Below, piece after piece: positions 21,298 through 31,798 of a stretch of 64,000 nucleotides of DNA; position 1 is the stretch's first letter; each line of letters opens with the position of its first letter. Origin of the DNA: an uncultured delta proteobacterium (GTDB lineage: Bacteria; Desulfobacterota; Binatia; UBA9968); NCBI GenBank assembly GCA_963745835.1, contig CAVUZH010000003.1:1152001-1216000 (forward strand), read 5' to 3'. Position numbers and translations under genes: made by a program. The notes beneath the pieces were generated by a model that worked only from the letters and a program-made list of their open reading frames with translations, was not told the origin of the DNA and searched no databases.

Positions 21298-21939
21298 CTA
21301 CAGTTTAGAAAGAAATTGGTCAGCGGCAAGCATTCGCTGTTGATCCGCAGATAGCCTTTCGATCATTCGTCGCACACCCCAATATAGGCCCTCAACCAAA
21401 GGACCTTACGTTGTCCTTGAATGCTTACTGTCGCGGAAATGTTCGTCGGTCTCTTCTGATAAGTCTCGAGCTTTTCTATAAGGCTTTCAGTTAGTCCGAG
21501 TTCCCCTCTACTACTCGGCTTGGTTCCTAAGCGACGATTACTTTGAAACCCTTTGCGTGTTTTTTAAGTCCAAGCCCCAGTCGTGTGTCAACGGATTCCG
21601 AAAGACGTGGTAGATCGCCGCGGCTCCGACAGGGGGTGGTACACTAGTTTTAGGCTCGAGATCCCAGGGAAAATAATCTTCAAGAACCCCTTTAAACCTT
21701 TCGCCCACATGGGATGTCTTTTGGTCATACAATACGGTTGATGCCCCAGCGATCACCGCTGTCAGAACATCTGTGATCGCAAAGTTGCATCTCGCTCGGA
21801 GACCATGGTTCCCAATGGGAAGCCGCAGCATGCTGTGTACATCGCTAAATCTTAACTTTTCGACCCGTTCAATTATTTCCCGAACTCTCGGAGGAGTTGC
21901 AGGGTCCAGAATGAGGGACTTATAGCTCATCGGGAGCAT
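21298..21939 (-). pseudogene. Hypothetical protein, frameshifted
   Basis: IYHVFRNPLTH motif; continues in another frame as LLVEGLYWGVRRMIERL to a stop at 21298. Confidence 0.5.
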
Positions 21940-22052
21940 CGCCTCGCGAGTATTCGTGTAAACACCCTGTAAACAAATTTCCTATCAAACTGGCAGTTTC
22001 TGAACAAATGTGAATAATCCGATGATTCTGAACAGGAGCATGAAAGGGAATT

Positions 22053-22081
22053 AAAAAACGGGGAGTTGGTTAACTCCCCGT
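22053..22081 (-). terminator. Rho-independent terminator downstream of tadA and the tRNA remnant
   Basis: 10-bp stem ACGGGGAGTT/AACTCCCCGT followed by a T-run on the minus strand. Confidence 0.8.
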
Positions 22082-22114
22082 CAATGCAAAGAATTGCGGT
22101 TTCAGCCCTCTACC

Positions 22115-22157
22115 GATTTCGAGTCAAGCGCCTTCAGCCGGGCTCGGCCACCTCTCC
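22115..22157 (-). repeat. att site: duplicated 5' 43 nt of tRNA-Ser(CGA)
   Basis: Identical to 9151-9193. Confidence 0.95.
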
Positions 22158-22652
22158 AAACCTTGTGATTCGTTTTTGTTCTCGCAGAGAACTAAAGAAT
22201 TTCCCCAAAATAGTAGCACACGCTTCTGCCAGGACTCCAGCCGTATGCGGGACTTGGTGGTTAAGTCGCCGATCATCGCATAGGCGATAGAGCGATATAA
22301 CAGCGCCCGCTTTCGGATCTAAACAGCCGAATATAAGCCGGCGCATGCGTCCCTGCAGGACCGCGCCTGCACACATGATGCAGGGTTCTAAGGTGACATA
22401 AAGATCACACTCTGTAAGCCGCCAGTAACCTAGCTTCCGCGCAGCCTCATCGAGGGCAAGGATTTCCGCATGAGCGATCGGACTTTGCAGTTCTTCTCTA
22501 CGATTATAACCACTGCCGACAATCTGGTTATTGTGAACTACAATGGCGCCAACGGGAACTTCTCCCCTTTGACTTGCATGATGGGCAAGCTGCAATGCTA
22601 GATTCATGAAGGAAAGATCGCCCGGTAGGACGGCGGTTTCAATTTGATTCAT
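22134..22652 (-). CDS. tadA: tRNA adenosine(34) deaminase
   Basis: GEVPVGA, AHAE, TLEPCIMC, DPKAGA, LNH. Confidence 0.95.
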   Translation of the reverse strand: MNQIETAVLPGDLSFMNLALQLAHHASQRGEVPVGAIVVHNNQIVGSGYNRREELQSPIAHAEILALDEAARKLGYWRLTECDLYVTLEPCIMCAGAVLQGRMRRLIFGCLDPKAGAVISLYRLCDDRRLNHQVPHTAGVLAEACATILGKFFSSLREQKRITRFGEVAEPG

Positions 22653-22802
22653 GGAACTTCAACGTTAGCACACCGATGATCAAGAATAGATTCCGCGATG
22701 AACCGCACCGGCCAATACTTTGAAACCTTCGGCTATAGAGTTAGCTCGGTCCGCCGAGGCTCCGCAAGAGGCTACGGTTTACATCGCTGGAGGTACTGCT
22801 AG

Positions 22803-23621
22803 TTAAGGATGCATGTATTCAATGGGCGGTGGCTCGATATCGGTCGTGACATCTATAACGCCGGGAACTGCTCTCGTGATTCGGACGATTTCCTTTTCCA
22901 GATCAGGATCCGCCAAAATTCCTGAAATGTTTACACGTCCAGCATCGCTTGTGACATTAAGAATAACATTGCGCGTCTTCGGCGAGGTGATGAGCGCGGC
23001 TTGAACTCGTGCAGCAACCGTGAGATCTTGAAACGCTTTTTCGGATTCTGGAGTAGGCCGATATTCAGGTCTGCGGGCGGCTTCTGCGATCAAGTATGCA
23101 GCCATTTCCACCGTGATCCGCGAAGTATTTAGAATGAGATCATAGCCGGTGGGATCCTGCCAGTCGATATTGAAAAGCGCCCGAAGACGGCGACCCCGCA
23201 CCCGATCGAGGTCCTTCAAAAACTGCCGCGCACTTTCGCCCCCGAGTCCCCTTTGTGCCTTTACCTGTTCAATCCGGTAATCCATCGAGGCAACGATAAG
23301 CACCTTGAGAACATGCCTAATTCCTGGAAATAATTCCTGCCCGGCTCGACCGTGATATACGAGATCGCCTGCTTGCGCGACCTCACACATCGCCGCCTGC
23401 AAAGTGATCCGATAAAGCCTCAAACTTTCTAACCACCGCTCCCACCAGTGGCCCTGGGTCTCTAGAACCTCCTCAAACTTTGCCTCCGGTATTCCGTACC
23501 TTTGGCTCGCTTCGATCAAGACCTCTCGGTTTACGGACCGATAATTCAGTGCAGCTGCGACCTGCTCGGCAATTGCACTTCCACCTGTGAATGCAGCATG
23601 AGAAATAGTTACGATTGCCAT
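22803..23621 (-). CDS. Cytidylate-kinase-like family protein with C-terminal BON domain
   Basis: MAIVTIS..GG..IA, VYHGRAG, DPTGYDLILNT; BON-like tail VPGVIDV. Confidence 0.85.
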   Translation of the reverse strand: MAIVTISHAAFTGGSAIAEQVAAALNYRSVNREVLIEASQRYGIPEAKFEEVLETQGHWWERWLESLRLYRITLQAAMCEVAQAGDLVYHGRAGQELFPGIRHVLKVLIVASMDYRIEQVKAQRGLGGESARQFLKDLDRVRGRRLRALFNIDWQDPTGYDLILNTSRITVEMAAYLIAEAARRPEYRPTPESEKAFQDLTVAARVQAALITSPKTRNVILNVTSDAGRVNISGILADPDLEKEIVRITRAVPGVIDVTTDIEPPPIEYMHP

Positions 23622-24108
23622 TGACCTCTAGCCTCCTTCCCACACGGCCCGGAACGCGTGAACCAGCTATGGTAATCAGATATATCTGGATCGTACGGCG
23701 CCCAATTTTGCCGAACCAAACAGGCGGCATTCTCCCACTCCTCTAACTAAGTAGTCAAGGCCATTTTAGATCTGTGTTGTGGCAGCAAAACACTTGGGAA
23801 CCTTTGGTGGGACGCGAAGACTCAAGTTTTTGCCATCTGTGCCAGACCCCAGCAGACTCTTCCAGCTTAAAGCGAGGGAGAACGGCCGACCTCTCCGGCC
23901 GTAAACAGCCAGTACGACATTAGCCGATGAAATTTAAATGTCTTAGCAACGAAGATACGGCGATCCGAATACACCGCAGAACAAGTGAGAAACGTAGCGC
24001 ATTCTCGGCCTCTACGTCAGAAAACGGACACCAGCAATGGAGGTTCGCAAGTCAGCGTCGGTAGAAGATGACGTCCAGGGAGCCAGACTTCACTGCGAAC
24101 CCAGTTGG

Positions 24109-24489
24109 CTTACACTTTGGTGAGCTTTCGCAGTTGTGTGAGCAGATCGAGAGCTTTGATAGGCTTCTGGATAAAACCATTACATCCGCTATCTAAGCAC
24201 CTGGCGTTATGTACGGAAACGCGCTAATCGCGATGATCAATGTTCCTGCTCTCATTGGAGTTGCTCGGATCGTCCTCACAACATCGATCCCCTCCATATC
24301 GGACAAATCGATCTCGAGGAGTACGACGTCCGGAGCATGCTCTTTTGTGCTCTGTATGGCGCCGGCGCCAGTTCGAGCAACTAAAATTGCGTAACGGGCT
24401 ATAGTTAAGTGTTTCGTAAGGTAGGCGATCTCTTTCAGCTGCTTGCCGACCACGAGAACTGTTTTTGATTCTCCGAACGGCACGTTCAT
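24109..24489 (-). pseudogene. Single-domain response regulator, degenerate and frameshifted
   Basis: PDVVLLEIDL..MEGIDV, IIAISA, then GCNGFIQKP in another frame; phosphoacceptor position is Glu. Confidence 0.6.
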
Positions 24490-25009
24490 TTCCTGCCGTT
24501 AAGTTGGAGCAACAAATATCCCTGCAGTCGAATGATAAAAACCTCGTGCATCAGCACGGATTAATTATCTCTGCGGAATGCAAAGGTGGGCTCAATGGCC
24601 ACAGTTGTACAAACGTTGACCTACGGTTTGTTAATCGGTGCTTAGAGTCGAGGATGTGGATCGGTGGTCCGAAGCTAAAAATCCGCGACCTACAGTCGGG
24701 TTAACGACCGGGTTACCTTGACATTGCGAACTAGCCGAAATAAGGCTGCGGAGAGGATTTGCTGCGAGTGAGCTACGACTGAAGAGGTCATGGGCCGATC
24801 GATGTAAGCCAAAGAAACCTGAGGTTAACGGACGCTGATGCCGCAATTGGAGACCTACCGATCATCCGATCGGACCAACTATTTGTTTGTTGTCGGCTCG
24901 CTGCTAGTCGATACCGTTCGATCTCGGACATTGGCCGCGATTGTGCGCACCACACTCGATTGGAATCTCGTCATCCGGGGAGAACCATATGGGTAAGGGG
25001 TAGCCCGCT

Positions 25010-26005
25010 ATGAAATTACCGTGCGGCCTCTCTCTTTTATCTATTAGTTTGTTCATGTTGCTCGCCGTAACAGCTAGTGAAGGCGCAACTCTAGCGCGCT
25101 TGAGAGTCGGCTACCCGTCGCCCAGCGCCAGCTTCTTTCCTCTATTTGCCACTAAAGAAGCCGGGCTTTTGGAAAAATATGGATTCGACACCGAGATGGT
25201 CTATGTCCAGGGAGTACAGCTGGTGCAGGTCCACGTTGCCGGACAGCTCAACGTATCGACGATTTCTTCGGTGGTTTATCTTCAGGCCTCCGTCGAGGGC
25301 GCCGATCTGATTCAGGTGGCAAGCTCCATTGACAACCAACTGATGAAACTCATGGTTCATCCGTCGATAGCAAAGCCTGAGGATCTCAGGGGGAAAACTC
25401 TCGCGGTGACCCGATTCGGATCGCTCACCGACCTTCTGATTCGTCCGGTGCTGAAGAACTGGGGACTCGAACCGCAGAAGGATGTGAAGCTGATTCAAAT
25501 CGGCAGAATGCCGGATATAGCGACAGCGATCGCTCAAAAATCGGTCGATGGGGGTGTCATCTCTTTTCCGACGTCAGTCCAAGCGGAAAAGATGAACATC
25601 AAAACCATGCTGGATTTTGCCGACTCCGGTTTCGATCTGCCGGCAACCACTGTGGTGGTGAGCCGGCGTTATAGCAAAAGCAACCGGGACACAGTGGTGA
25701 AATTCCTCAAGGCTTACATCGAAGGAACGCGGCGGCTATTCACAGACCGAGAGCTGGGCATTCGGGCTCTGCGGCGCTATGGCGGCATTAGCGATCGCGA
25801 CATGCTGTCAACGACGTACGATCTTTTTACTTCCCGATACATTAAGAAAATTCCCACAGTAAATGCCAAGGGAGTCGAAAACTCGTTAGGCTTGATTGCA
25901 GAGAACAACCCAAGAGCAAAAGGCCGCAAAGCCGAGGAGTTTATGGATACCAGCTTTATAGAGGAACTGGAGAGCATCGGCTTCATCAGCTCGGTTTGGA
26001 AGTGA
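25010..26005 (+). CDS. ABC transporter substrate-binding protein (NMT1/SsuA-like)
   Basis: Signal peptide; EDLRGKTLAVTRFGS; VVKFLKAYIEG. Confidence 0.9.
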   Translation: MKLPCGLSLLSISLFMLLAVTASEGATLARLRVGYPSPSASFFPLFATKEAGLLEKYGFDTEMVYVQGVQLVQVHVAGQLNVSTISSVVYLQASVEGADLIQVASSIDNQLMKLMVHPSIAKPEDLRGKTLAVTRFGSLTDLLIRPVLKNWGLEPQKDVKLIQIGRMPDIATAIAQKSVDGGVISFPTSVQAEKMNIKTMLDFADSGFDLPATTVVVSRRYSKSNRDTVVKFLKAYIEGTRRLFTDRELGIRALRRYGGISDRDMLSTTYDLFTSRYIKKIPTVNAKGVENSLGLIAENNPRAKGRKAEEFMDTSFIEELESIGFISSVWK

Positions 26006-26239
26006 CCTCGATTTATCGCCAGTCTGAAGCGATGTTGAATCGTGCATGATCGTGAAGAGTCTTGCGATATTACGACCAGTCAATTTGGACCGTGATCGTA
26101 GCGACTCGCGTTGCTCAATACTTAAAGATGTAGATTTCTGCCTCAAGCAAATAAGAACGGCTGGGATTTGAGCGTGTCAGAGGTCGTCGAATGTTAAAAA
26201 TATTGGCAAAGTGATTTCGGAAATGTGAGGTCACACGCT

Positions 26240-27331
26240 ATGTGGCAAAACACCAAGAAGCTCAAGAATTCCGGTGAAAAGAGATTTCGTGGCCTCTTTG
26301 CTTATCTTCTGGCCACCATCGGTCTCTGGGGTCTTTTAGACATTGAGCAGGGATTTGCGCAGGCTCCTTTTTATCAGGGCAAAACCATTCGGGTGATCGT
26401 TGGTTATCAGCCAGGCGACAGTCACGATCAATGGGCGCGTACTTACGTGCGCTTCTTAGGCAAGCACATTCCTGGCAATCCCGAGTTCGTCGTCCAAAAC
26501 ATGCCCGGCGCGGGTGGGATGATTGCCGCTAATCATATTTACAATCTGACCAAGCCCGATGGCCTAACTCTGGGCTCGTTTGGCGGGGCCCTTTTTATGG
26601 CCCAGATCACCGGCCGTAAGGAAGTCCAGTTCGATTGGCCCAAGTTTAATTGGATTATGACACCCGAGCGTGGTGGTCATTTGGTATTCATGCGCACCGA
26701 CATTCCGCAGAAGACCTTCGATGATCTTCGACAAACCAGTGATCCACCGAAATGCTCGGCCACCGGCGTGGGCAGTTCGGGCTATGATATTCCGAGGCTC
26801 CTCGAGGAAGCGTTGGGATTCAAATTTCAGGTCATCAGCGGTTATCCGGGCGGCGCCGAGCAAGATCTGGCGATGGAACGCGGCGAGGTTCACTGTCGCG
26901 CCTTTACAATCGACGCTTTCTTCGGCCGGGAGCCATTTCCTACCTGGATAAAGAAGGGATTCATCAAGGTTTGGCTTCAAACCGAGCGCAAACGTAATCC
27001 CAAACTGCCGGAGGTCCCGACGGTATTTGAGCTGATGGATCAGTACAAAGTCAGCGAACCCAAGCGGCGTTTAGTTGAAGCGTACCTGGGCATCTGGGGT
27101 TTCGGCTCACGCCCTATCGTTACCTCACCGGGTGTGCCGGCGGATCGGGTAAAAGTTTTTCGTGAGGCTTTCGCCAAGATGTTCAAGGACCCGGAATTCC
27201 TCGATGAGATAAAGAAAAGAAGATGGGAGATAAGTCCGGTAAGCGGCGAAGAACTACAAACGTTAGCCAACGAAGTGGTCGATCAACCGGCCGATGTGAC
27301 GGCGGCGTTAAAACGAATTCTAAGCAAATAA
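26240..27331 (+). CDS. Tripartite tricarboxylate transporter (TctC/Bug) substrate-binding protein
   Basis: FYQGKTIRVIVG, VQNMPGAGG, KPDGLT, LAMERGEV, LPEVPT. Confidence 0.9.
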   Translation: MWQNTKKLKNSGEKRFRGLFAYLLATIGLWGLLDIEQGFAQAPFYQGKTIRVIVGYQPGDSHDQWARTYVRFLGKHIPGNPEFVVQNMPGAGGMIAANHIYNLTKPDGLTLGSFGGALFMAQITGRKEVQFDWPKFNWIMTPERGGHLVFMRTDIPQKTFDDLRQTSDPPKCSATGVGSSGYDIPRLLEEALGFKFQVISGYPGGAEQDLAMERGEVHCRAFTIDAFFGREPFPTWIKKGFIKVWLQTERKRNPKLPEVPTVFELMDQYKVSEPKRRLVEAYLGIWGFGSRPIVTSPGVPADRVKVFREAFAKMFKDPEFLDEIKKRRWEISPVSGEELQTLANEVVDQPADVTAALKRILSK

Positions 27332-27410
27332 CTGGTTGGCCTGAGAATTTGGCCCTCAGTCGGTATCAACCATCGAATGTTCTTATCATTGAATCACTTA
27401 CACCAAGGTT

Positions 27411-28598
27411 TTACCGGTGCAACGCTACAAAGGCAAAAACCTTTGCCGCATTGAAAACGTCGTTGACCGACACCAGATCGTGGTCGGTATGCTGGAAGCG
27501 GATATCGCGGGAGCCATAGTTGATCGCCTGAATGCCGCGAAAGTTGAATAGGCCGGTATCGTTGGCTGCGGTGGAAAAGGTGTATTGCGGCTCGTAGTTT
27601 AGGACCGTGCGGATGCCGTGCTCGAGGGCGCGTACCACCTCAGCATCCTTGCCAACTTCGCTCGGGTACATGAAATCCTTCGGTTGAACCTCAATCTCAT
27701 ACGGTTCTATTATGCCGATGGCGTCAATCATCTGCTGCACAGCTCTTTTGGGATCGTCGCCCGGAAGAAGCCGGCGATCAAACGTGATGCGGCACTCGCT
27801 CTGGATCGTGTGGGTGGCTTTGGGAAAACTCTCGATCGAGTTGGCCGCGAGACTCACCTTGCCCAACGAACCGTGCTTTTTGGCTTCTGGATAAGGCATT
27901 AACGGCTTGAGCTTGTCCAGTACCTTCATCGCGCCTTCGATGGCATTGATGCCTTCCCACGGACGGCTACTGTGGCTCTGTTTGCCGCGCACGATCACCA
28001 GCACATCAATACGGCCTTTATTGCCAAGTTGTATTTCGGGCGGGCCGTCGATGATGCACCAGTCCGCTTCCACCCGGCCGTGATCCAGAACATAAGCCAG
28101 CGAATCGTGCCGTCCAGTCTCGCCGGCGGTGCTGACAACTAGATAAAGATCCGAAGGAAGCTCGATTTTGCTTGAGCCAAGAAAGCGAATTGCCGCGAGC
28201 ATAGCCGCAAGACTCCCCTTCTGCTCACACGCTCCTCGTCCCCACACGCACTCGCCATCCAGTTTGTAGGGCGCGCCATCGACGATCTCTCCTGAATAAG
28301 GGTTTTGCATGGTACTCGGCGCCGCATTCATGGCGTAACCCACCAGCATGAGCCGGTCGCTCTGGCTCCTGCCCTTGATGTGTAGGATGAGATTACCCAT
28401 GCCGTCGATGAGCGGCCGTAACCCGGCTTGTTCCAGCTCCGGCTTTACGATGTCGCGGATCAGCGCAAGGACCTGCGGCTCAGCTTCGAGAAGCGCGGTT
28501 TGCGGGCTGGCGTGCTGCACCAGTTTTACAGCAAGCCGCTTCACCTCGTCGTAAGACAGGTTCTTCTCGATCAATTTTTTCGCCGTATCCGCGTCCAT
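27411..28598 (-). CDS. M20 family metallopeptidase (ArgE/DapE-like)
   Basis: VWGRGACEQKG, GKQSHSSRPWEGINAI, DRRLLPG, QHT. Confidence 0.85.
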   Translation of the reverse strand: MDADTAKKLIEKNLSYDEVKRLAVKLVQHASPQTALLEAEPQVLALIRDIVKPELEQAGLRPLIDGMGNLILHIKGRSQSDRLMLVGYAMNAAPSTMQNPYSGEIVDGAPYKLDGECVWGRGACEQKGSLAAMLAAIRFLGSSKIELPSDLYLVVSTAGETGRHDSLAYVLDHGRVEADWCIIDGPPEIQLGNKGRIDVLVIVRGKQSHSSRPWEGINAIEGAMKVLDKLKPLMPYPEAKKHGSLGKVSLAANSIESFPKATHTIQSECRITFDRRLLPGDDPKRAVQQMIDAIGIIEPYEIEVQPKDFMYPSEVGKDAEVVRALEHGIRTVLNYEPQYTFSTAANDTGLFNFRGIQAINYGSRDIRFQHTDHDLVSVNDVFNAAKVFAFVALHR

Positions 28599-28652
28599 CC
28601 GCTTATTCTTTTCTTTTGATTTAAAAGGCTTTCAGTATCTTGCCGGCTTCTT

Positions 28653-30422
28653 TCAATGTCCTTCGAATTGGCCGCCGACCCTGCCGATTTTTCGCGCAAT
28701 CATGATGAGCGTGACACAAACCATACTGATGATCAGAGCCAGAGAACACATCGGCCCGAGATTGCCGTCGACATAAAAATGATACAGCAGCGGCCCGAGA
28801 GGCTCCGAGCCCGGCGAATAGAGGAACACGGAAGCGCTGAACTCGCGCAGAAAAATCGTTGCGAGAATTATCCAGCCGGCGAGAAAGCCGGGACGGAGCA
28901 GCGGCAGCAGAATGCGGCGAAAGGTCGTCATGAAGCTGGCGCCGCAAGCCATCGAGGCCTGCGGCAGATCGTCGTGCAGCTGAACAATCGTGCTGGTCAT
29001 TGTGCGCAAGCCGTACGGCAGGAATCGGGTGATATAGGCGATCATCAGGATCCACAACGTGCCGTATATGGGCAGCGGCATATAGACATAGGTCCAGAGC
29101 AGGCCGATGGCCAGCGCTGTTCCGGGAAAGGCCCATGGAATAAACGTCAACGCTTCGATCACGCCGCGCCCGGCGGTCCGGCTTTTCGTCGTCACCCAGG
29201 CGGTCAATGCCGCTATCAGCATGCACAACGTCGCGCCGCCTATCGCCAGAAAAATACTATTTTGAAACGCCCGGTAGGTTCGGGTATCACCGAAATTGGA
29301 CCGATAATTATCCAGGGTTAACAGCTCCCAGGTCCTGGCGCTCGGCACATGAACATAGGACACGAAAGAAACGTAGATCATTACAAGAAGCGGCAAAACG
29401 ACGATCAATATAAGGATTAAACAGGCGATCGCCGACGCGCCGTAGCGCCATTTGCCGAGATCGATGATGGTTGGCCGGTAGCCGCGTCCGGTGACCGTAA
29501 CGTAGCGTTCCGAGCGCATGGTGAGACGGCGATAGAAGTAGACGAAAAGCATTGTGATAATCAGCAGCGAGACCGCATACGCCGCGGCCAGATTCTGGTT
29601 CGGCGGAAATGCGCCGACCGCCTCGCGGTAGATCTTAGTGGTGAACACTTCGATGCGCGCCGGTAGGGCTATAATGGCCGGCGTATCGAAGCTCTCGATA
29701 GCGCGAACAAAATTGAGCATCGTTGCCGCCAATAAAGCCGGACGAATGATCGGAAATGTAATACGCCGGGCGGTTTGCATATTCGTCGATCCAGCGACGC
29801 GCGCCGATTCCTCCAGCGACGGATCCATGGAATAGAGCGACGCTGAAATCAGCAAAAACGCCAACGGCGTCGTGATCAATGCTTCGACGTACACCATGCC
29901 CCAGATCGAGTACACATTTAACGGCGCCTCGGCGAGACCGAATATGTCCATCAGCACGCGGTTAATCAGACCCGTGCGCGGACTCAGCAGGACGGTCCAC
30001 GATACCGCCAGCATAACTGGCGGAAAGACGTTCGGCACAATCGCCGTCAGCTCAAAAACTCTTCTGAACGGCGCATTGGTGCGTATCGAAATCCATGCCA
30101 GGGCGGCTGCCAGCACGGTCGAAAGGATGGCCGAACCGCTGGCAAATACAAATGAGTTTAAAAGCAGCTGATAGGTCTGCGCATCCGTGTAGGCGCCAAT
30201 ATAGTGGCCGAGGGTGAAGTCGCCCGGCACGCCCAACGGTGTGCTGCGGAAGCTGCCGTAGAACAGCATCAGAGTGGGTGACAAGCTCAGGTAAGCGATG
30301 ACGATCCCAACTACCATAACAACCCCGAGCTCCGGATTTTTCCGAAAAGCCCGTAGAGGGCGAGCCAAGAGCCGACTCGGAGTTGAGGAATCTGTAAAGG
30401 CGTTACCTTTGACCGTACTCAT
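28653..30422 (-). CDS. Fe3+/thiamine-type ABC transporter permease (duplicated domain)
   Basis: Multiple TM helices; EAA loop DPSLEESARVAG; TVTGRGYRP. Confidence 0.92.
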   Translation of the reverse strand: MSTVKGNAFTDSSTPSRLLARPLRAFRKNPELGVVMVVGIVIAYLSLSPTLMLFYGSFRSTPLGVPGDFTLGHYIGAYTDAQTYQLLLNSFVFASGSAILSTVLAAALAWISIRTNAPFRRVFELTAIVPNVFPPVMLAVSWTVLLSPRTGLINRVLMDIFGLAEAPLNVYSIWGMVYVEALITTPLAFLLISASLYSMDPSLEESARVAGSTNMQTARRITFPIIRPALLAATMLNFVRAIESFDTPAIIALPARIEVFTTKIYREAVGAFPPNQNLAAAYAVSLLIITMLFVYFYRRLTMRSERYVTVTGRGYRPTIIDLGKWRYGASAIACLILILIVVLPLLVMIYVSFVSYVHVPSARTWELLTLDNYRSNFGDTRTYRAFQNSIFLAIGGATLCMLIAALTAWVTTKSRTAGRGVIEALTFIPWAFPGTALAIGLLWTYVYMPLPIYGTLWILMIAYITRFLPYGLRTMTSTIVQLHDDLPQASMACGASFMTTFRRILLPLLRPGFLAGWIILATIFLREFSASVFLYSPGSEPLGPLLYHFYVDGNLGPMCSLALIISMVCVTLIMIARKIGRVGGQFEGH

Positions 30423-30474
30423 AAAAAGGAAGAGGGCGGGCCTCGCAACGCTTCACGCAGGGCCAGCCCTCTTT
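30423..30474 (-). terminator. Intercistronic hairpin with T-run between SBP and permease
   Basis: AAGAGGGC...GCCCTCTT stem followed by CCTTTTT on the minus strand. Confidence 0.5.
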
Positions 30475-30500
30475 CCCTCATCGTACAAGCAGATGCCTGA

Positions 30501-31508
30501 TTACTTCTTGAAAAAGATCTCCCGGAAGGTACCGGTCATCAGTTTCTTGAATTCGTCCTCGGACGGATTATCCATGAAGATCAAATTGGGAGCGACCTTT
30601 TCCGCATCCTTGATGGGTGGCAACACTCCGGGATAGAGCACGAACTCCCCTTCCTCGGCCACCAGCTTTTGACCATCGGCCGAAGTGATGAATTCGATAT
30701 AGAGCTTAGCCGCGTTTGGATTGGCCGCCTTGGCACTCAGGCTCATATAGTTCGGATCGCTCAAATACTTGTCCATTAACACGTAACCCACCGGACCTTT
30801 GTACTGTTTGACATATTTGATGTAGGTGATGCCCACCGGAGCCTCGCCCTTGATGATGGTGGTCGTCACCGGCGCCAGGGATTCGACAAGCAGAGGTCTT
30901 TGGTTGGCCAACGCTTTGACCAGATCCAACCATTTGTCTCCTTTGAACTCTTTAAGATTCCACAAAAATTGCGCCGTGGTGGTGTGGCGCGTGGGATCGG
31001 GCATGGTAATCTTGCCGGTCCATTTTGGAGTCGCAAGATCGTCGAACGTTTTCGGCAAATCGCCCGGCTTTACCATGTCGGTATTGTACAGGATGCTGAT
31101 GGGAAGGACCCGCCAAGGGGTGATCATGCCATCTTTCTCTTTGAACTGCGCGGGAAACTTTTCCGATGACGGCGGCACGTACTTCTGGAACAGTCCGTCG
31201 TCGCGCATGATCAGCTGAACACCGCGATTGCCTTCGACGACATCGAAGCCGGGTTTGCCGGCGCGCCATTCGGTGAGCGCCCGTTCCGATACCCCTGTCG
31301 ACGAGCCGCGCCAGTATTCAACCGAGATGCCGTATTTTTTCTCAAATGCCGCATGCAGCGGTTTCATGGCCTGAGGAACCTGGGCCCCATACACAACGAC
31401 TCTGCCTTCTTTCTTGGCCGCCTCGATGTTTGGTTGCTGCGCCACCGCATTGCCAACCGACAGCCAAGCTATTATGAGAATGACACTCAGGCTTATTTTC
31501 CAACCCAT
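30501..31508 (-). CDS. ABC transporter substrate-binding protein (AfuA-like)
   Basis: AAKKEGRVVVY, YNTDMV, PKTFDDL..PKW.G, NPNAAKLYIEF. Confidence 0.9.
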   Translation of the reverse strand: MGWKISLSVILIIAWLSVGNAVAQQPNIEAAKKEGRVVVYGAQVPQAMKPLHAAFEKKYGISVEYWRGSSTGVSERALTEWRAGKPGFDVVEGNRGVQLIMRDDGLFQKYVPPSSEKFPAQFKEKDGMITPWRVLPISILYNTDMVKPGDLPKTFDDLATPKWTGKITMPDPTRHTTTAQFLWNLKEFKGDKWLDLVKALANQRPLLVESLAPVTTTIIKGEAPVGITYIKYVKQYKGPVGYVLMDKYLSDPNYMSLSAKAANPNAAKLYIEFITSADGQKLVAEEGEFVLYPGVLPPIKDAEKVAPNLIFMDNPSEDEFKKLMTGTFREIFFKK

Positions 31509-31798
31509 GGAACCTCCTTATTAGTGAGAACGATTAAGCAGGGGTAATAAGTATATATCGGAAGCCCCTAAGTCAAGAAAAGCAGTGATTCATTGCTTCA
31601 TTATTCGTGGGCACTTGGCTCAACCATGCCATCTCTCAAGATTGCAGCAGTCCGCTGAAGCAAAAATGAAGATACATCTCAAAATCGAAGTAAAAGTTTC
31701 ATCGCTCACTGCCGCTGAAGTGAATTCGGCCTATCGGCCCGAAGAGAACCCCTGAAATCCTTTGGATGTTATAGAGCGATCCTCAAGCAACCTCGGAA

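Larger units (their letters stand above)
9151..22157. mobile_element. Integrative element (prophage/satellite-like remnant) inserted in tRNA-Ser
   Basis: 43-bp direct repeat at 9151-9193 and 22115-22157; integrase at one end; xis-like gene inside. Confidence 0.9.

Noticed and set aside
22115-22157. Second tRNA-Ser gene
   Set aside because: Only the 5' 43 nt are present; there is no T arm or acceptor 3' strand, so it is an att remnant
23700-24100. Possible ncRNA in the long intergenic region (hairpin ACGGCCG/CGGCCGT near 23882)
   Set aside because: No recognisable family motif; a single hairpin is insufficient evidence
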